Under the pieces are notes generated by a model. The model was not told the DNA's origin, did not search any database, and was given only the letters and a program-made list of their open reading frames with translations. From Methanotrichaceae archaeon (GTDB lineage: Archaea > Halobacteriota > Methanosarcinia > Methanotrichales > Methanotrichaceae), in assembly GCA_963748825.1 (NCBI GenBank), contig CAVVKN010000009.1, positions 1-64,000 on the forward strand: 64,000 bases of DNA. The letters run 5' to 3'. The translations under genes were made by a program, and so were the position numbers. Positions 19,429 through 28,406 of this stretch are shown here, one piece after another; position 1 is the stretch's first letter; each line of letters begins with the position of its first letter.

Positions 19429-20502
19429 TTAGGCGGATAAAGCCGCAGACTCCATAACCAGTCTCTTCTTCTCTTCCATATCCTTGGGTGAACTGGTCTT
19501 GCTGGCTATGACATCTATGCACAGTTGCTTGAAATCTACTGCTAAATCATCGCGACCCTTTGAGGTCTCCATTCCTTTGGCGATCATGATGCAAGCTCTG
19601 GTGCCGGGCTTCTGGGCATCTGGAAGCTGTTCTCTTATCGATCTTACTACCTGTACGATTCTTTCGGCCTTATCCTGAGAAATTCCTGTATGCTCCACCA
19701 CGATTCTGACCTCGGTCTCGTAGCCGTAGTAGTCAGCATATATGCCTACCATGCGATCGAGCAGCGCATCTTGCGGCCTGTGAATTCCAGCGTATTCAAT
19801 GGAGTTGCTGGTGAGGATGGCCTTGAAATCAGGATGGACCTTGATGTATCTGTCTTCCCCAAATTTAGTTGGCAGCTCCAGGATGCCTTCCTCAAAGACA
19901 GACAGGAGAATGTTATTTGATGCAGGCTTGGTTCGGGAGAACTCGTTGTAGATGAGGGTGTAGCCATATTTGCAGGCCAGGGAGAGGGGATTGTCCACCC
20001 ACTCGATCTTCATGGTATCCTTGGTCTTGAAGACATTGTGGACGTAGTTGTCTCGCACGCTTTCGCTCTGCATCTGAGAATAGCCGCCAATCAAATCGGA
20101 TGTGGTTATGGCCTCATCTCCGTTTATCCAGACCACAGGTCGGCCAAGAACTTTGGCAACATGGACGGCCAGACTGGTTTTGCCGCAGCCTGTCGGCCCA
20201 ATCAGATGCACAGGATAGCCTGCTTGAAGCCAGAGAGACAATCGGCTTTCCATCTCCATTACCTCTGGAGTGCTGATGAAATGGTTTGCCTCCGGTGTGA
20301 GGAAAGCCTCCTCGATGGCCTTATGTCTGGCTTCTTCCGATATCAGCTCGTAGCTGCAGTCCATATTAGCAGGAGACCTGATTCTCACCTGAATGCTGGG
20401 ATTATTCAATCCTGCCTCCCTCTCGCTAGCCTTTTTCTCAGAAGCGGTCATGTGAACTGCTTCCCCTCTCACCCTCCTGGGATGTGACTCAATATACGAC
20501 AT
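19429..20502 (-). CDS. gvpN: Gas vesicle AAA+ ATPase GvpN
   Basis: GYPVHLIGPTGCGKT, LIYNEFSR, TSNSIEYAG, QDALLDR. Confidence 0.95.
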   Translation of the reverse strand: MSYIESHPRRVRGEAVHMTASEKKASEREAGLNNPSIQVRIRSPANMDCSYELISEEARHKAIEEAFLTPEANHFISTPEVMEMESRLSLWLQAGYPVHLIGPTGCGKTSLAVHVAKVLGRPVVWINGDEAITTSDLIGGYSQMQSESVRDNYVHNVFKTKDTMKIEWVDNPLSLACKYGYTLIYNEFSRTKPASNNILLSVFEEGILELPTKFGEDRYIKVHPDFKAILTSNSIEYAGIHRPQDALLDRMVGIYADYYGYETEVRIVVEHTGISQDKAERIVQVVRSIREQLPDAQKPGTRACIMIAKGMETSKGRDDLAVDFKQLCIDVIASKTSSPKDMEEKKRLVMESAALSA

Positions 20503-20562
20503 CGCTTAGCACCTTCATTAATTATGAATTATTAATTATAATAAAAAATTTCTACTAAGGAT

Positions 20563-21375
20563 TTACCCATAGTAGAAATCACGGACGTAGTTCATGAGAC
20601 CCTGCTCTTGGTACCTTTGGATCTCGCTGTGGAAAGACGCGGCTCTTCCCTGAAGCTCTCTTGCCCCGGAATATAGCCGGGAGACGGCTTCGTTGTTCTC
20701 CTTGATCTGCGAGTTCAGGTTGCGTTGGAACTTTGCCAGACCGTTCTGCAAATTCCTGCAGCCCTCATCTCTGATGTTCTTTCCCGCCCTCTGGAAATCG
20801 CGCGACATCTTTTCTTGAGAAGACACAATCTCCCTGGCACCGGAGTGCAGCTTGCCTACAGCTTCCCGGTTCTCTTTGATTTGGGCATCAATTGACCGCT
20901 TGAACTCCACTTGGCCTTGATTGAATCTCTTCTGGCCGTCTTCGATCATCTTATGAGCTTCGAAGTGCATATTTTTGGCCATCATGCTGCCGGCAGTCTG
21001 GAACTCTTTTACCGCTGAAGACATCTCTCGGATGCCCTCATCACGGATCTCTTTGCCCGCTTTCTTGAAATCTGCAGCTTTATTGTCGATGGCATTAGCC
21101 TTGGCTAGAACGCCCTTTTTGCCAAAGGTGGTCGGTTTAGCTGCATTCTTCGGTTTTTCGATCATAGGCACCTCTCTGGCACTCATCTGTGGTGTGGGCT
21201 TGGGCACATCTTTTTGCTTCTTCATAGCCTCCAAGATGTATTCAGCCAACTGGGACTTGGTTCCACCCAAATTCTCCAAACCATACTTCAGAGCCAGTTC
21301 TTCCAGTTCTCGCCGAGTGTGCTTTGTTACAAGCTCGTCGAAGGTCTCTATTTTTGTGCTTGCATAATCTTCCAT
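20563..21375 (-). CDS. Helical-repeat protein at the gvpC position with N-terminal SAP/HeH-like domain
   Basis: Between gvpA and gvpN; repeats DFKKAGKEIRDEG/DFQRAGKNIRDEG and QIKENREAVGKLHSGARE/QIKENNEAVSRLYSGARE; GGAGG SD. Confidence 0.75.
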   Translation of the reverse strand: MEDYASTKIETFDELVTKHTRRELEELALKYGLENLGGTKSQLAEYILEAMKKQKDVPKPTPQMSAREVPMIEKPKNAAKPTTFGKKGVLAKANAIDNKAADFKKAGKEIRDEGIREMSSAVKEFQTAGSMMAKNMHFEAHKMIEDGQKRFNQGQVEFKRSIDAQIKENREAVGKLHSGAREIVSSQEKMSRDFQRAGKNIRDEGCRNLQNGLAKFQRNLNSQIKENNEAVSRLYSGARELQGRAASFHSEIQRYQEQGLMNYVRDFYYG

Positions 21376-21412
21376 GGCTCTTCCTCCAAAAATAAATTAG
21401 GAGAAATCAACC

Positions 21413-21643
21413 CTAAGCAGGAACTGCAGGGGTTGCGCCAATGGAAGCCTGCTCGATCTTGGCCATCTCCTCAGAGTAGTGCAGGAAGGTGTCCACAGAT
21501 GCTACGACAACACGAGCCTCGACTGTCAGAATCTCGATTCCAACCAGGCTGACCCTGGCCCAAACATCGACTACGATACCCTTGTCAAGTATTCTATCCA
21601 GAACTTCGGCAAGACTTGATGCGTCCGGTGTAGCAGTTACCAT
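21413..21643 (-). CDS. gvpA: Gas vesicle structural protein GvpA (copy 6, promoter-distal)
   Basis: [48 protein letters not shown]. Confidence 0.97.
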   Translation of the reverse strand: MVTATPDASSLAEVLDRILDKGIVVDVWARVSLVGIEILTVEARVVVASVDTFLHYSEEMAKIEQASIGATPAVPA

Positions 21644-21679
21644 TTTTCTTTCCTCCTTTTAATATTTTAAATTAAAGTT

Positions 21680-21910
21680 TTAAGCGGGAACCTTGGGGGC
21701 TGCGCCAATGGAAGCCTGCTCGATCTTGGCCATCTCCTCAGAGTAGTGCAGGAAGGTGTCCACAGATGCCACGACAACACGAGCTTCGACTGTCAGAATC
21801 TCGATTCCAACCAGGCTGACCCTGGCCCAAACATCGACTACGATACCCTTGTCAAGTATTCTATCCAGAACTTCGGCAAGACTTGATGCGTCCGGTGTAG
21901 CGGTTACCAT
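21680..21910 (-). CDS. gvpA: GvpA (copy 5)
   Basis: Near-identical 76-aa ORF with AGGAGG SD. Confidence 0.97.
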   Translation of the reverse strand: MVTATPDASSLAEVLDRILDKGIVVDVWARVSLVGIEILTVEARVVVASVDTFLHYSEEMAKIEQASIGAAPKVPA

Positions 21911-21945
21911 TTTTCTTTCCTCCTTTTAATATTTGAAATACAGTT

Positions 21946-22177
21946 TTAAGCGGGAACCTTGGGGGCTGCGCCGATGGAAGCCTGCTCGATCTTGGCCATC
22001 TCCTCAGAGTAGTGCAGGAAGGTGTCCACAGATGCCACGACAACACGAGACTTCGACGGTCAGAATCTCGATTCCGACCAGGCTGACCCTGGCCCAAACA
22101 TCGACTACGATACCCTTGTCAAGTATTCTATCCAGAACTTCGGCAAGACTTGATGCGTCCGGTGTAGCAGTTACCAT
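21946..22177 (-). CDS. gvpA: GvpA (copy 4), 232 bp with one extra base near 22050-22053
   Basis: gagacttcgac combines the two alleles gagcttcgac and gagactcgac; otherwise near-identical to the other copies. Confidence 0.85.
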
Positions 22178-22212
22178 TTTTCTTTCCTCCTTTTAATATT
22201 TGAAATACAGTT

Positions 22213-22443
22213 TTAAGCGGGAACCTTGGGGGCTGCGCCGATGGAAGCCTGTTCGATCTTGGCCATCTCCTCAGAGTAGTGCAGGAAGGTGTCCACAGAT
22301 GCCACGACAACACGAGACTCGACGGTCAGAATCTCGATTCCAACCAGGCTGACCCTGGCCCAAACATCGACTACGATACCCTTGTCAAGTATTCTATCCA
22401 GAACTTCGGCAAGACTTGATGCGTCCGGTGTAGCAGTTACCAT
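22213..22443 (-). CDS. gvpA: GvpA (copy 3)
   Basis: 76-aa ORF, ESRVV variant. Confidence 0.97.
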   Translation of the reverse strand: MVTATPDASSLAEVLDRILDKGIVVDVWARVSLVGIEILTVESRVVVASVDTFLHYSEEMAKIEQASIGAAPKVPA

Positions 22444-22478
22444 TTTTCTTTCCTCCTTTTAATATTTGAAATACAGTT

Positions 22479-22709
22479 TTAAGCGGGAACCTTGGGGGCT
22501 GCGCCGATGGAAGCCTGTTCGATCTTGGCCATCTCTTCAGAGTAGTGCAGGAAGGTGTCCACAGATGCCACGACAACACGAGACTCGACGGTCAGAATCT
22601 CGATTCCAACCAGGCTGACCCTGGCCCAAACATCGACTACGATACCCTTGTCAAGTATTCTATCCAGAACTTCGGCAAGACTTGATGCGTCCGGTGTAGC
22701 AGTTACCAT
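22479..22709 (-). CDS. gvpA: GvpA (copy 2)
   Basis: 76-aa ORF, ESRVV variant. Confidence 0.97.
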   Translation of the reverse strand: MVTATPDASSLAEVLDRILDKGIVVDVWARVSLVGIEILTVESRVVVASVDTFLHYSEEMAKIEQASIGAAPKVPA

Positions 22710-22745
22710 TTTTCGTTCCTCCTTTTAATATTTTAAATTAAAGTT

Positions 22746-22976
22746 TTAAGCGGGAATCTTGGGGGCTGCGCCGATGGAAGCCTGTTCGATCTTGGCCATC
22801 TCTTCAGAGTAGTGCAGGAAGGTGTCCACAGATGCCACGACAACACGAGACTCGACGGTCAGAATCTCGATTCCAACCAGGCTGACCCTGGCCCAAACAT
22901 CGACTACGATACCCTTGTCAAGTATTCTATCCAGAACCTCAGCAAGACTTGATGCGTCCGGTGTAGCAGTTACCAT
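22746..22976 (-). CDS. gvpA: GvpA (copy 1, promoter-proximal)
   Basis: 76-aa ORF from ATG after GGAGG SD; C-terminus AAPKIPA. Confidence 0.97.
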   Translation of the reverse strand: MVTATPDASSLAEVLDRILDKGIVVDVWARVSLVGIEILTVESRVVVASVDTFLHYSEEMAKIEQASIGAAPKIPA

Positions 22977-23516
22977 TTTTCTTTCCTCCAATTTGATTTA
23001 TCCTGAGCAATCTCGAGGATCGTGATATATTCGGAAGAATGACCCAATAAATATTTACAGATTTTTCAGGAACTTATCCGTATTATCTGTATATTATATC
23101 GACTAATGTCATCTTCATGTTTTCATTTGCATTTCGATATTTTTGACCTCTTTTTGGCATTAATATTGTCCGATTCGGATTTAATGACCTATTTTTTGGG
23201 GTATGATTTGTCAAAGGAAAAGGGGAGAACAAGAGGAGGCCTTCTCTATCGTCCCTCTATTTCCTTTGTGTCTGACACGCTTTCTTTGGCTGAGCTGCTT
23301 GGTACGAATCTTCACTCAGATCCATTCGTACAATACCACAGAGTATCTCTTTGATCTAAATAGTCTTTCATCTTCCAAATTTATTTTCAATTATTGTTTC
23401 TTGATTTGTTTCTAAAGTTGAAAGTTAACAAGCTATATGCATTAGAAAAATAAAGAATAGCTAACAGCATCGGGAGCTTAATATAACAAGAGAACGGCGG
23501 AAAACTGGGGGCAAAT

Positions 23517-23873
23517 ATGAAAATACTAATCATTGATGATGCTCCTGAAATGCTCAGAGCGTTCAGGGATATTTTGGAGGCCTATGGATGCGAGGTATAT
23601 GCGGCGGAAAACGGTGAAGAAGGCCTTGCTAAATACGCGGAGATCAAGCCAGATATCGTTCTTATGGATATATTGATGCCAAAGCTTGACGGCATCAGCG
23701 CCACAAAGAAAATTCTGGACATCGACCCTTTCGCGAAGATAATTGTCATCTCTGCAGTTGGGAAGAGCGGCCTTGACAACGAATGCCTTCTAGCCGGTGC
23801 CAAGAAATTTATTATAAAGCCCTTCAAAATAAAAGAACTCTTAAGCTCGATCGACTCACTGGTAGCAGAATGA
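23517..23873 (+). CDS. Stand-alone response regulator (CheY-like receiver)
   Basis: ILIIDD, PDIVLMDILMP, ISA, IIKPF. Confidence 0.95.
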   Translation: MKILIIDDAPEMLRAFRDILEAYGCEVYAAENGEEGLAKYAEIKPDIVLMDILMPKLDGISATKKILDIDPFAKIIVISAVGKSGLDNECLLAGAKKFIIKPFKIKELLSSIDSLVAE

Positions 23874-25003
23874 AAGGAATTGAATCGGTAAGAGGATATC
23901 AGGAAGAGATAATTGAGGCCATCCCGAGCACAATTATTGTCATAAATAGGAGGCTAGAGGTACTCTACGCCAATAGGAATTACTATGCCAAATCCGTCGC
24001 GAAGCGTGAGAGGGATGTCTTAGGAGAGAGACTGTCCAGAGTAATTCCGTCCATGCTCATAGAAAAGACAGGAATTATAGATAAAATTCGAGAGGTGTTC
24101 CTCACCGGAGTTCCCTTTGATGGAGATCAGATCAGATATCCGGGTGGCATGTTCTATTTCTATAAAATATATCCCTTAAAGGAGGATGAGGAGTGCATAA
24201 GCAAGGTTGTAATCTTCATGGAGAACATCACCGAGCTGACCCGACTGGAGGAGGAGCTCAGGGAGTCTTATGTCAAGCTTGAGAATGCTTTTGCCGAGCT
24301 GAAAGAGAATGACGAAATTAAATCGGAGTTCATCTCTACTGCTTCTCACGAGCTAAGAACTCCAATAACTGTGATCAATAGCTACATTGAGATGTTCGAG
24401 GAAGGAATGCTGGGCGAACTTAGCAGCATTCAGCGGGAAAAGGTGGAGATCATAAGCTCGCAGATAGAGCATATGATTCGACTGGTTGAAGACATGCTCG
24501 ATACATCTCGATTGGAGTCGAAGGCTCTCAAGATTAATAAATATCCTATCCGGGTCGATGATATTGCCAGAAAGGCTATCGATGATCTGAGCAGGCTGGC
24601 GGGGCTAAAAGAGCAGTCCGTGTCTTTGACCGTAGAGGGCTTACTATCTGAGGTGGAAGGTGATGACAGGAGGATCAAGCAGGTCTTCAATAACCTTCTC
24701 ACTAATGCCATCAAATATACTCCTAAAAAAGGAAAGATAGAAGTAATAATCACCGACCAGCTGGAGGACGTCTGTGTATCGATAATTGATAATGGTATTG
24801 GAGTTGCCAAGAAGGATCAATATAGAATTTTTGAAAAATTCTATACGGGCAGCGGCAGTTCGCTGACAAGGGAATCAGGTCGTATGGGCCTTGGCCTGGC
24901 CATAGCCAAGGGAATAATTGAGGCCCATGAAGGTCGCATCTGGTTTGTGAGCGAGATGGGCAAAGGAAGCACATTCGCGTTCACATTGCCCAAAAAATTA
25001 TGA
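23870..25003 (+). CDS. Cytoplasmic PAS sensor histidine kinase
   Basis: PAS-like N-terminus, SHELRTPI H-box, NLLTNAIKY, DNGIG, GLGLAI, GKGSTF; ATGA overlap with receiver. Confidence 0.95.
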   Translation: MKGIESVRGYQEEIIEAIPSTIIVINRRLEVLYANRNYYAKSVAKRERDVLGERLSRVIPSMLIEKTGIIDKIREVFLTGVPFDGDQIRYPGGMFYFYKIYPLKEDEECISKVVIFMENITELTRLEEELRESYVKLENAFAELKENDEIKSEFISTASHELRTPITVINSYIEMFEEGMLGELSSIQREKVEIISSQIEHMIRLVEDMLDTSRLESKALKINKYPIRVDDIARKAIDDLSRLAGLKEQSVSLTVEGLLSEVEGDDRRIKQVFNNLLTNAIKYTPKKGKIEVIITDQLEDVCVSIIDNGIGVAKKDQYRIFEKFYTGSGSSLTRESGRMGLGLAIAKGIIEAHEGRIWFVSEMGKGSTFAFTLPKKL

Positions 25004-25662
25004 TTAAATATATTCTCTCCAGGTTAAAGATAGCGCCGGCAATTGTGCCGATGACTGAACCTCTAAATAACCATATTAACCGCAATTTGATGAAAGGCTC
25101 CAGCTACCTGGTCAAGGAGCAGAAGGCAGAGTTCAGCTTTGGGCTCTTTGTTTCTTTGGTAAAGGGAAGATGTAGTGGCTGTGACTATCTCGATTCGTTC
25201 CCCTGTGAGAGCATCGGCTGCGAAAGATGCGAGTTGCCCTGCCCCTGTAAAGTATGCAAGCATTATAGGGCGCAAGGATTATGTTTTACTATGCATTCGC
25301 CCCAGGAGATCCGGCTGAGGTACGCTTTGCAGACCACGCCAATTTTCTGGATAAGCAATCATGGGACCCGGAGCGTCAATCCCATCGATCTTGAGGTAAT
25401 AGCAGATATAACCATCAAGTTCTTAAAGCAAAGCAAAAATCCGGTAGTTCTTCTTGACGGAATAGAGCATTTGATATTCGAAAATGGCTCAGCACCCGTA
25501 TTGAGGCTTCTGAGAGATATAGAAGAATGGATAATATTGCAAAGGGCTATTTTAATCTTGCCGGTAAATCCTGCGGCCATAGAGAAGAAAGAACTGGCAC
25601 TGATAGAACGAAACATGAACGAGCTGCGACCTAATTCGAATGAAGAGAGAGCTAATAAGTAA
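25000..25662 (+). CDS. DUF835-like (inactive KaiC/RecA-fold) protein with Cys-rich insertion
   Basis: GSSYLVKE, GLCFT, PIFWIS, VVLLDGIEHLIFENG, ELALIER motifs; 8 Cys in 29 aa. Confidence 0.8.
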   Translation: MIKYILSRLKIAPAIVPMTEPLNNHINRNLMKGSSYLVKEQKAEFSFGLFVSLVKGRCSGCDYLDSFPCESIGCERCELPCPCKVCKHYRAQGLCFTMHSPQEIRLRYALQTTPIFWISNHGTRSVNPIDLEVIADITIKFLKQSKNPVVLLDGIEHLIFENGSAPVLRLLRDIEEWIILQRAILILPVNPAAIEKKELALIERNMNELRPNSNEERANK

Positions 25663-25723
25663 GTGGATGAAAAAATTCTTATAGTTTGTATTGATATAAG
25701 GTAAGGAGGAGTTATTCTTAGCC

Positions 25724-26095
25724 ATGAAGATATCGGACGAGAATGTGCCGGACCTCTGTGAATCTCAGGAGGATTATCATAAAAAGTTTGTTGATAGAAT
25801 CATCAAGACGAATCGAGAAGTTTTTATAATGTCATCCCTTCTAGAGAAGCAAATGTGCGGCTATGACCTTATAAAAGAAATTTTCTCGAGATGCGATGTC
25901 TTTCTCAGCCAGGGAACGGTTTATCCTATTTTGTATACTCTTGTGGAAGAGGGGTTGCTTCATGCTGAATACAGCAAGGGGGATATGAGATCTAAAAAAT
26001 ATAGCCTTACTACTAGTGGGAGAGAGATCGCTGAAAAAAATGTTGAGGATTTTGTAAGAGCCCTGGAGCAGATATCTTTTTTGCTCAAAAGATGA
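25724..26095 (+). CDS. PadR-family winged-helix regulator (GvpE-like)
   Basis: MCGYDLIKEI...LSQGTVYPILYTLVEEGLL...KKYSLTTSGR. Confidence 0.9.
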   Translation: MKISDENVPDLCESQEDYHKKFVDRIIKTNREVFIMSSLLEKQMCGYDLIKEIFSRCDVFLSQGTVYPILYTLVEEGLLHAEYSKGDMRSKKYSLTTSGREIAEKNVEDFVRALEQISFLLKR

Positions 26096-26793
26096 GATTG
26101 ATGCTGAAAAATACTATAAACGGCCTGGATAAAATTCTTTTTGATGAAATCCCGAAGGGTTCGGTGATCCTTGTGACTGGCGCGGAAGGTACTTTGAAAT
26201 CTGGCCTGGTATTCAGCATGATGGCAAATCATGTAGCTGCCAATAATGAGCATGGTCTCTATGTCACATTGGAGCAGAATGAAGAGAGCCACCTTCGCAA
26301 TATGAACAGCCTGGGGATCAAAAAAGAGAGCAATTTGCATATATTCGATTACCGAGATATGCGGTATGAGTGGATGAACAGTGAACTGGATCTCATCAAT
26401 ATGACGAAAGAAGTTATAGATTCTTATAAAGACAAGTATGACGACTTAACGTTATTTGCGCTGGATTCTCTCAATGCTCTCTATTCCATCTCTGAGCATG
26501 ACAATATGAGGAATCTGATATATGATTTCATTACAAATCTCAGAGATGAAGGGCTTATTTCGTTTTTGATTATGGAGTCTGACCAGTCAAGAATCTCAGG
26601 TCAATTCTCCCAATTCCATCAAACAGAGCACTACCTGGCTGATGGGACAATTGAGCTTGGCATGATTGAGGGCAAAGGAGGTGTGAAGAGATATATCCAG
26701 ATCTTGAAGATGAGAGCTACCAAACATGCAATGGAAAAGCATCAGCTTACCATCGATGAAAATGGCATAAGCATTCGGGGTCCTCTCTATTAA
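26092..26793 (+). CDS. KaiC/RAD55-family RecA-fold ATPase (GvpD-like)
   Basis: INGLDKIL...IPKGSVILVTGAEGTLKS, YVTLEQ, ALDSL, YLADGTIEL, ILKMR; ATGA overlap with PadR gene. Confidence 0.88.
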   Translation: MRLMLKNTINGLDKILFDEIPKGSVILVTGAEGTLKSGLVFSMMANHVAANNEHGLYVTLEQNEESHLRNMNSLGIKKESNLHIFDYRDMRYEWMNSELDLINMTKEVIDSYKDKYDDLTLFALDSLNALYSISEHDNMRNLIYDFITNLRDEGLISFLIMESDQSRISGQFSQFHQTEHYLADGTIELGMIEGKGGVKRYIQILKMRATKHAMEKHQLTIDENGISIRGPLY

Positions 26794-26816
26794 TTTTTTA
26801 TATGTTTAAAATATTT

Positions 26817-27260
26817 CTAACGTTTCTTCTCGCGAGCTTCGCGAGGAACCAGATAATGAACCCTGAGCCTCGATTTCTTGAGCTGAAGTTCCGAAGCCAT
26901 TTTTTTATTGTACCATGCCCTCACGAATAGAGGCTCAATTTCTATGGCCTTATTATAGCATTCGATAGCCTCTTTATATCTTCCAAGTTTATATAAAATG
27001 TTGCCTTTTATATTGAAAGCAAGAGCATTATAAGGATTCAGGCTAATGGACCTCTCACAACACTGCATACTGGCATCATTGCTCTTTTGAAAGTAAAGAA
27101 TTTCTGCCTTTGCAGACCATGCTTCCCAGTTCTTCGGGTCACTTTCCAGTTCCCGTTCAACTACCATTACGGCGCCATCGAGCCCTTCCGAGGACAATAG
27201 ACGCAACGCTTTTTTGAATGAATCATTGCCATCTACATTATCGCGAGATATTGTCGCCAA
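26817..27260 (-). CDS. TPR protein
   Basis: DPKNWEAWSAKAEIL, KGNILYKLGRYKEAIECYNKAIEIEP. Confidence 0.88.
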   Translation of the reverse strand: MATISRDNVDGNDSFKKALRLLSSEGLDGAVMVVERELESDPKNWEAWSAKAEILYFQKSNDASMQCCERSISLNPYNALAFNIKGNILYKLGRYKEAIECYNKAIEIEPLFVRAWYNKKMASELQLKKSRLRVHYLVPREAREKKR

Positions 27261-27464
27261 GTGATTGACTCCATGTTATTTGGATATCTTATCTAATATA
27301 AATTTTATAGAACTTATGTTCTTAACTTCTGGCTCTTATCTGAATATATTGTCTTTATCGATTCTCATCTTGTCGATTTTAGTCGATTCTCTTAAATGGA
27401 AAAGTCTCTGGTAGTATTAATAGACGATTTCTTGCATCTCATGTGTACAAATTGAGAGACTGAG

Positions 27465-27581
27465 CTGCTGTGTCGAATAATTCTCGATGAAGCGGCACAT
27501 GATGTTGGTTTCATGTTCTGCCCAGTTAATGCCCAAATGGTCTGCAGCTTGCTGATTTGGTGGAGTTATTCGACACAGCAG
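27465..27581. mobile_element. 117-bp MITE with 16-bp perfect terminal inverted repeats and 6-bp target-site duplication
   Basis: CTGCTGTGTCGAATAA (27465-27480) / TTATTCGACACAGCAG (27566-27581); ACTGAG at 27459-27464 and 27582-27587. Confidence 0.88.
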
Positions 27582-27636
27582 ACTGAGCTATAAATCTAGC
27601 ACGAATACCTGATTGATTGACTATGATCCAGGTCGT

Positions 27637-28296
27637 TCATTTGAACACTTCGCCGGCTTCTTTATACCAGAGCAGAAGGTCAAGATGCCCCATGGGAATT
27701 TTCGACTCTTTGGAAAAGGCAGTCATCTTTCTCTCGATCTCCAGGTACATCTTTTTTGTGGGAGAACTGGGGACCTCTTTTATCACTCCCAGGAGGGCTA
27801 GATTCTTGAGAATATGCCGGTCTAAGATGGCGAGATCCTCGCCAAGACCAATGTTTCTCAAGAAATGGCTGGCTTCCTTGTATCCCAGGCCTTTGACATT
27901 TTCCACCAGCCAAACCCTCGCAACCGTGGGCCCGGCAAATTCTGCAAGCGTAGCTCTTAGAGATCTGGAATTGAACATATTCCGTGCCAGGCAGATATAC
28001 TCCCCCTTGCGCAGGTTGAACCTGACGCCTGCCAGCTCCTCGGAAATTTGCGCGGGCATAGCTTCAGCCATCATGCACTTTCGGTCCAGCCGCTGCACAG
28101 CTTTCCAGCAGGTCTTGGCCTTGGACTGAGGCGTGAGCAGGCAGAAGACCAGCTCCCTGAATAGGTCTTCATCGGAGGCTGTCTCCCAGATGTGCAGGAA
28201 ATCCATGAGTCTGGCCTCGATTTGCGGCTTTATCGGATTATAAAGCTGCATCAGCTCCTCAACGGTGAGGGGAAAAATCTCTGCCGGGTGGTCCAT
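27637..28296 (-). CDS. ogg: 8-oxoguanine DNA glycosylase/AP lyase (archaeal Ogg)
   Basis: FRELVFCLLT, VKGLGYKEASHFLRNIG, AILDRHIL, LDLLLWY. Confidence 0.93.
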   Translation of the reverse strand: MDHPAEIFPLTVEELMQLYNPIKPQIEARLMDFLHIWETASDEDLFRELVFCLLTPQSKAKTCWKAVQRLDRKCMMAEAMPAQISEELAGVRFNLRKGEYICLARNMFNSRSLRATLAEFAGPTVARVWLVENVKGLGYKEASHFLRNIGLGEDLAILDRHILKNLALLGVIKEVPSSPTKKMYLEIERKMTAFSKESKIPMGHLDLLLWYKEAGEVFK

Positions 28297-28406
28297 CAGC
28301 CTTCCTTGGCTCTAGGAATATTAGGGCTTTTTGATGGTTAGACGCTAGTAATTAGGTGGAAGCAAAAAGCTCTTAGCTTCATGTATTCTAGTTGTTATCA
28401 CTTCAT

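Larger units (their letters stand above)
21413..22990. repeat. Tandem array of six 266-267 bp gvpA units
   Basis: Stops at 21413, 21680, 21946, 22213, 22479, 22746; spacers also repeated. Confidence 0.95.

Noticed and set aside
21946-22177. gvpA pseudogene
   Set aside because: The extra base merges the two alleles present in neighbouring copies, typical of a consensus artefact in tandem repeats
21413-22990. CRISPR array
   Set aside because: Repeats are 231-bp coding genes and the spacers are themselves repeated; no cas genes
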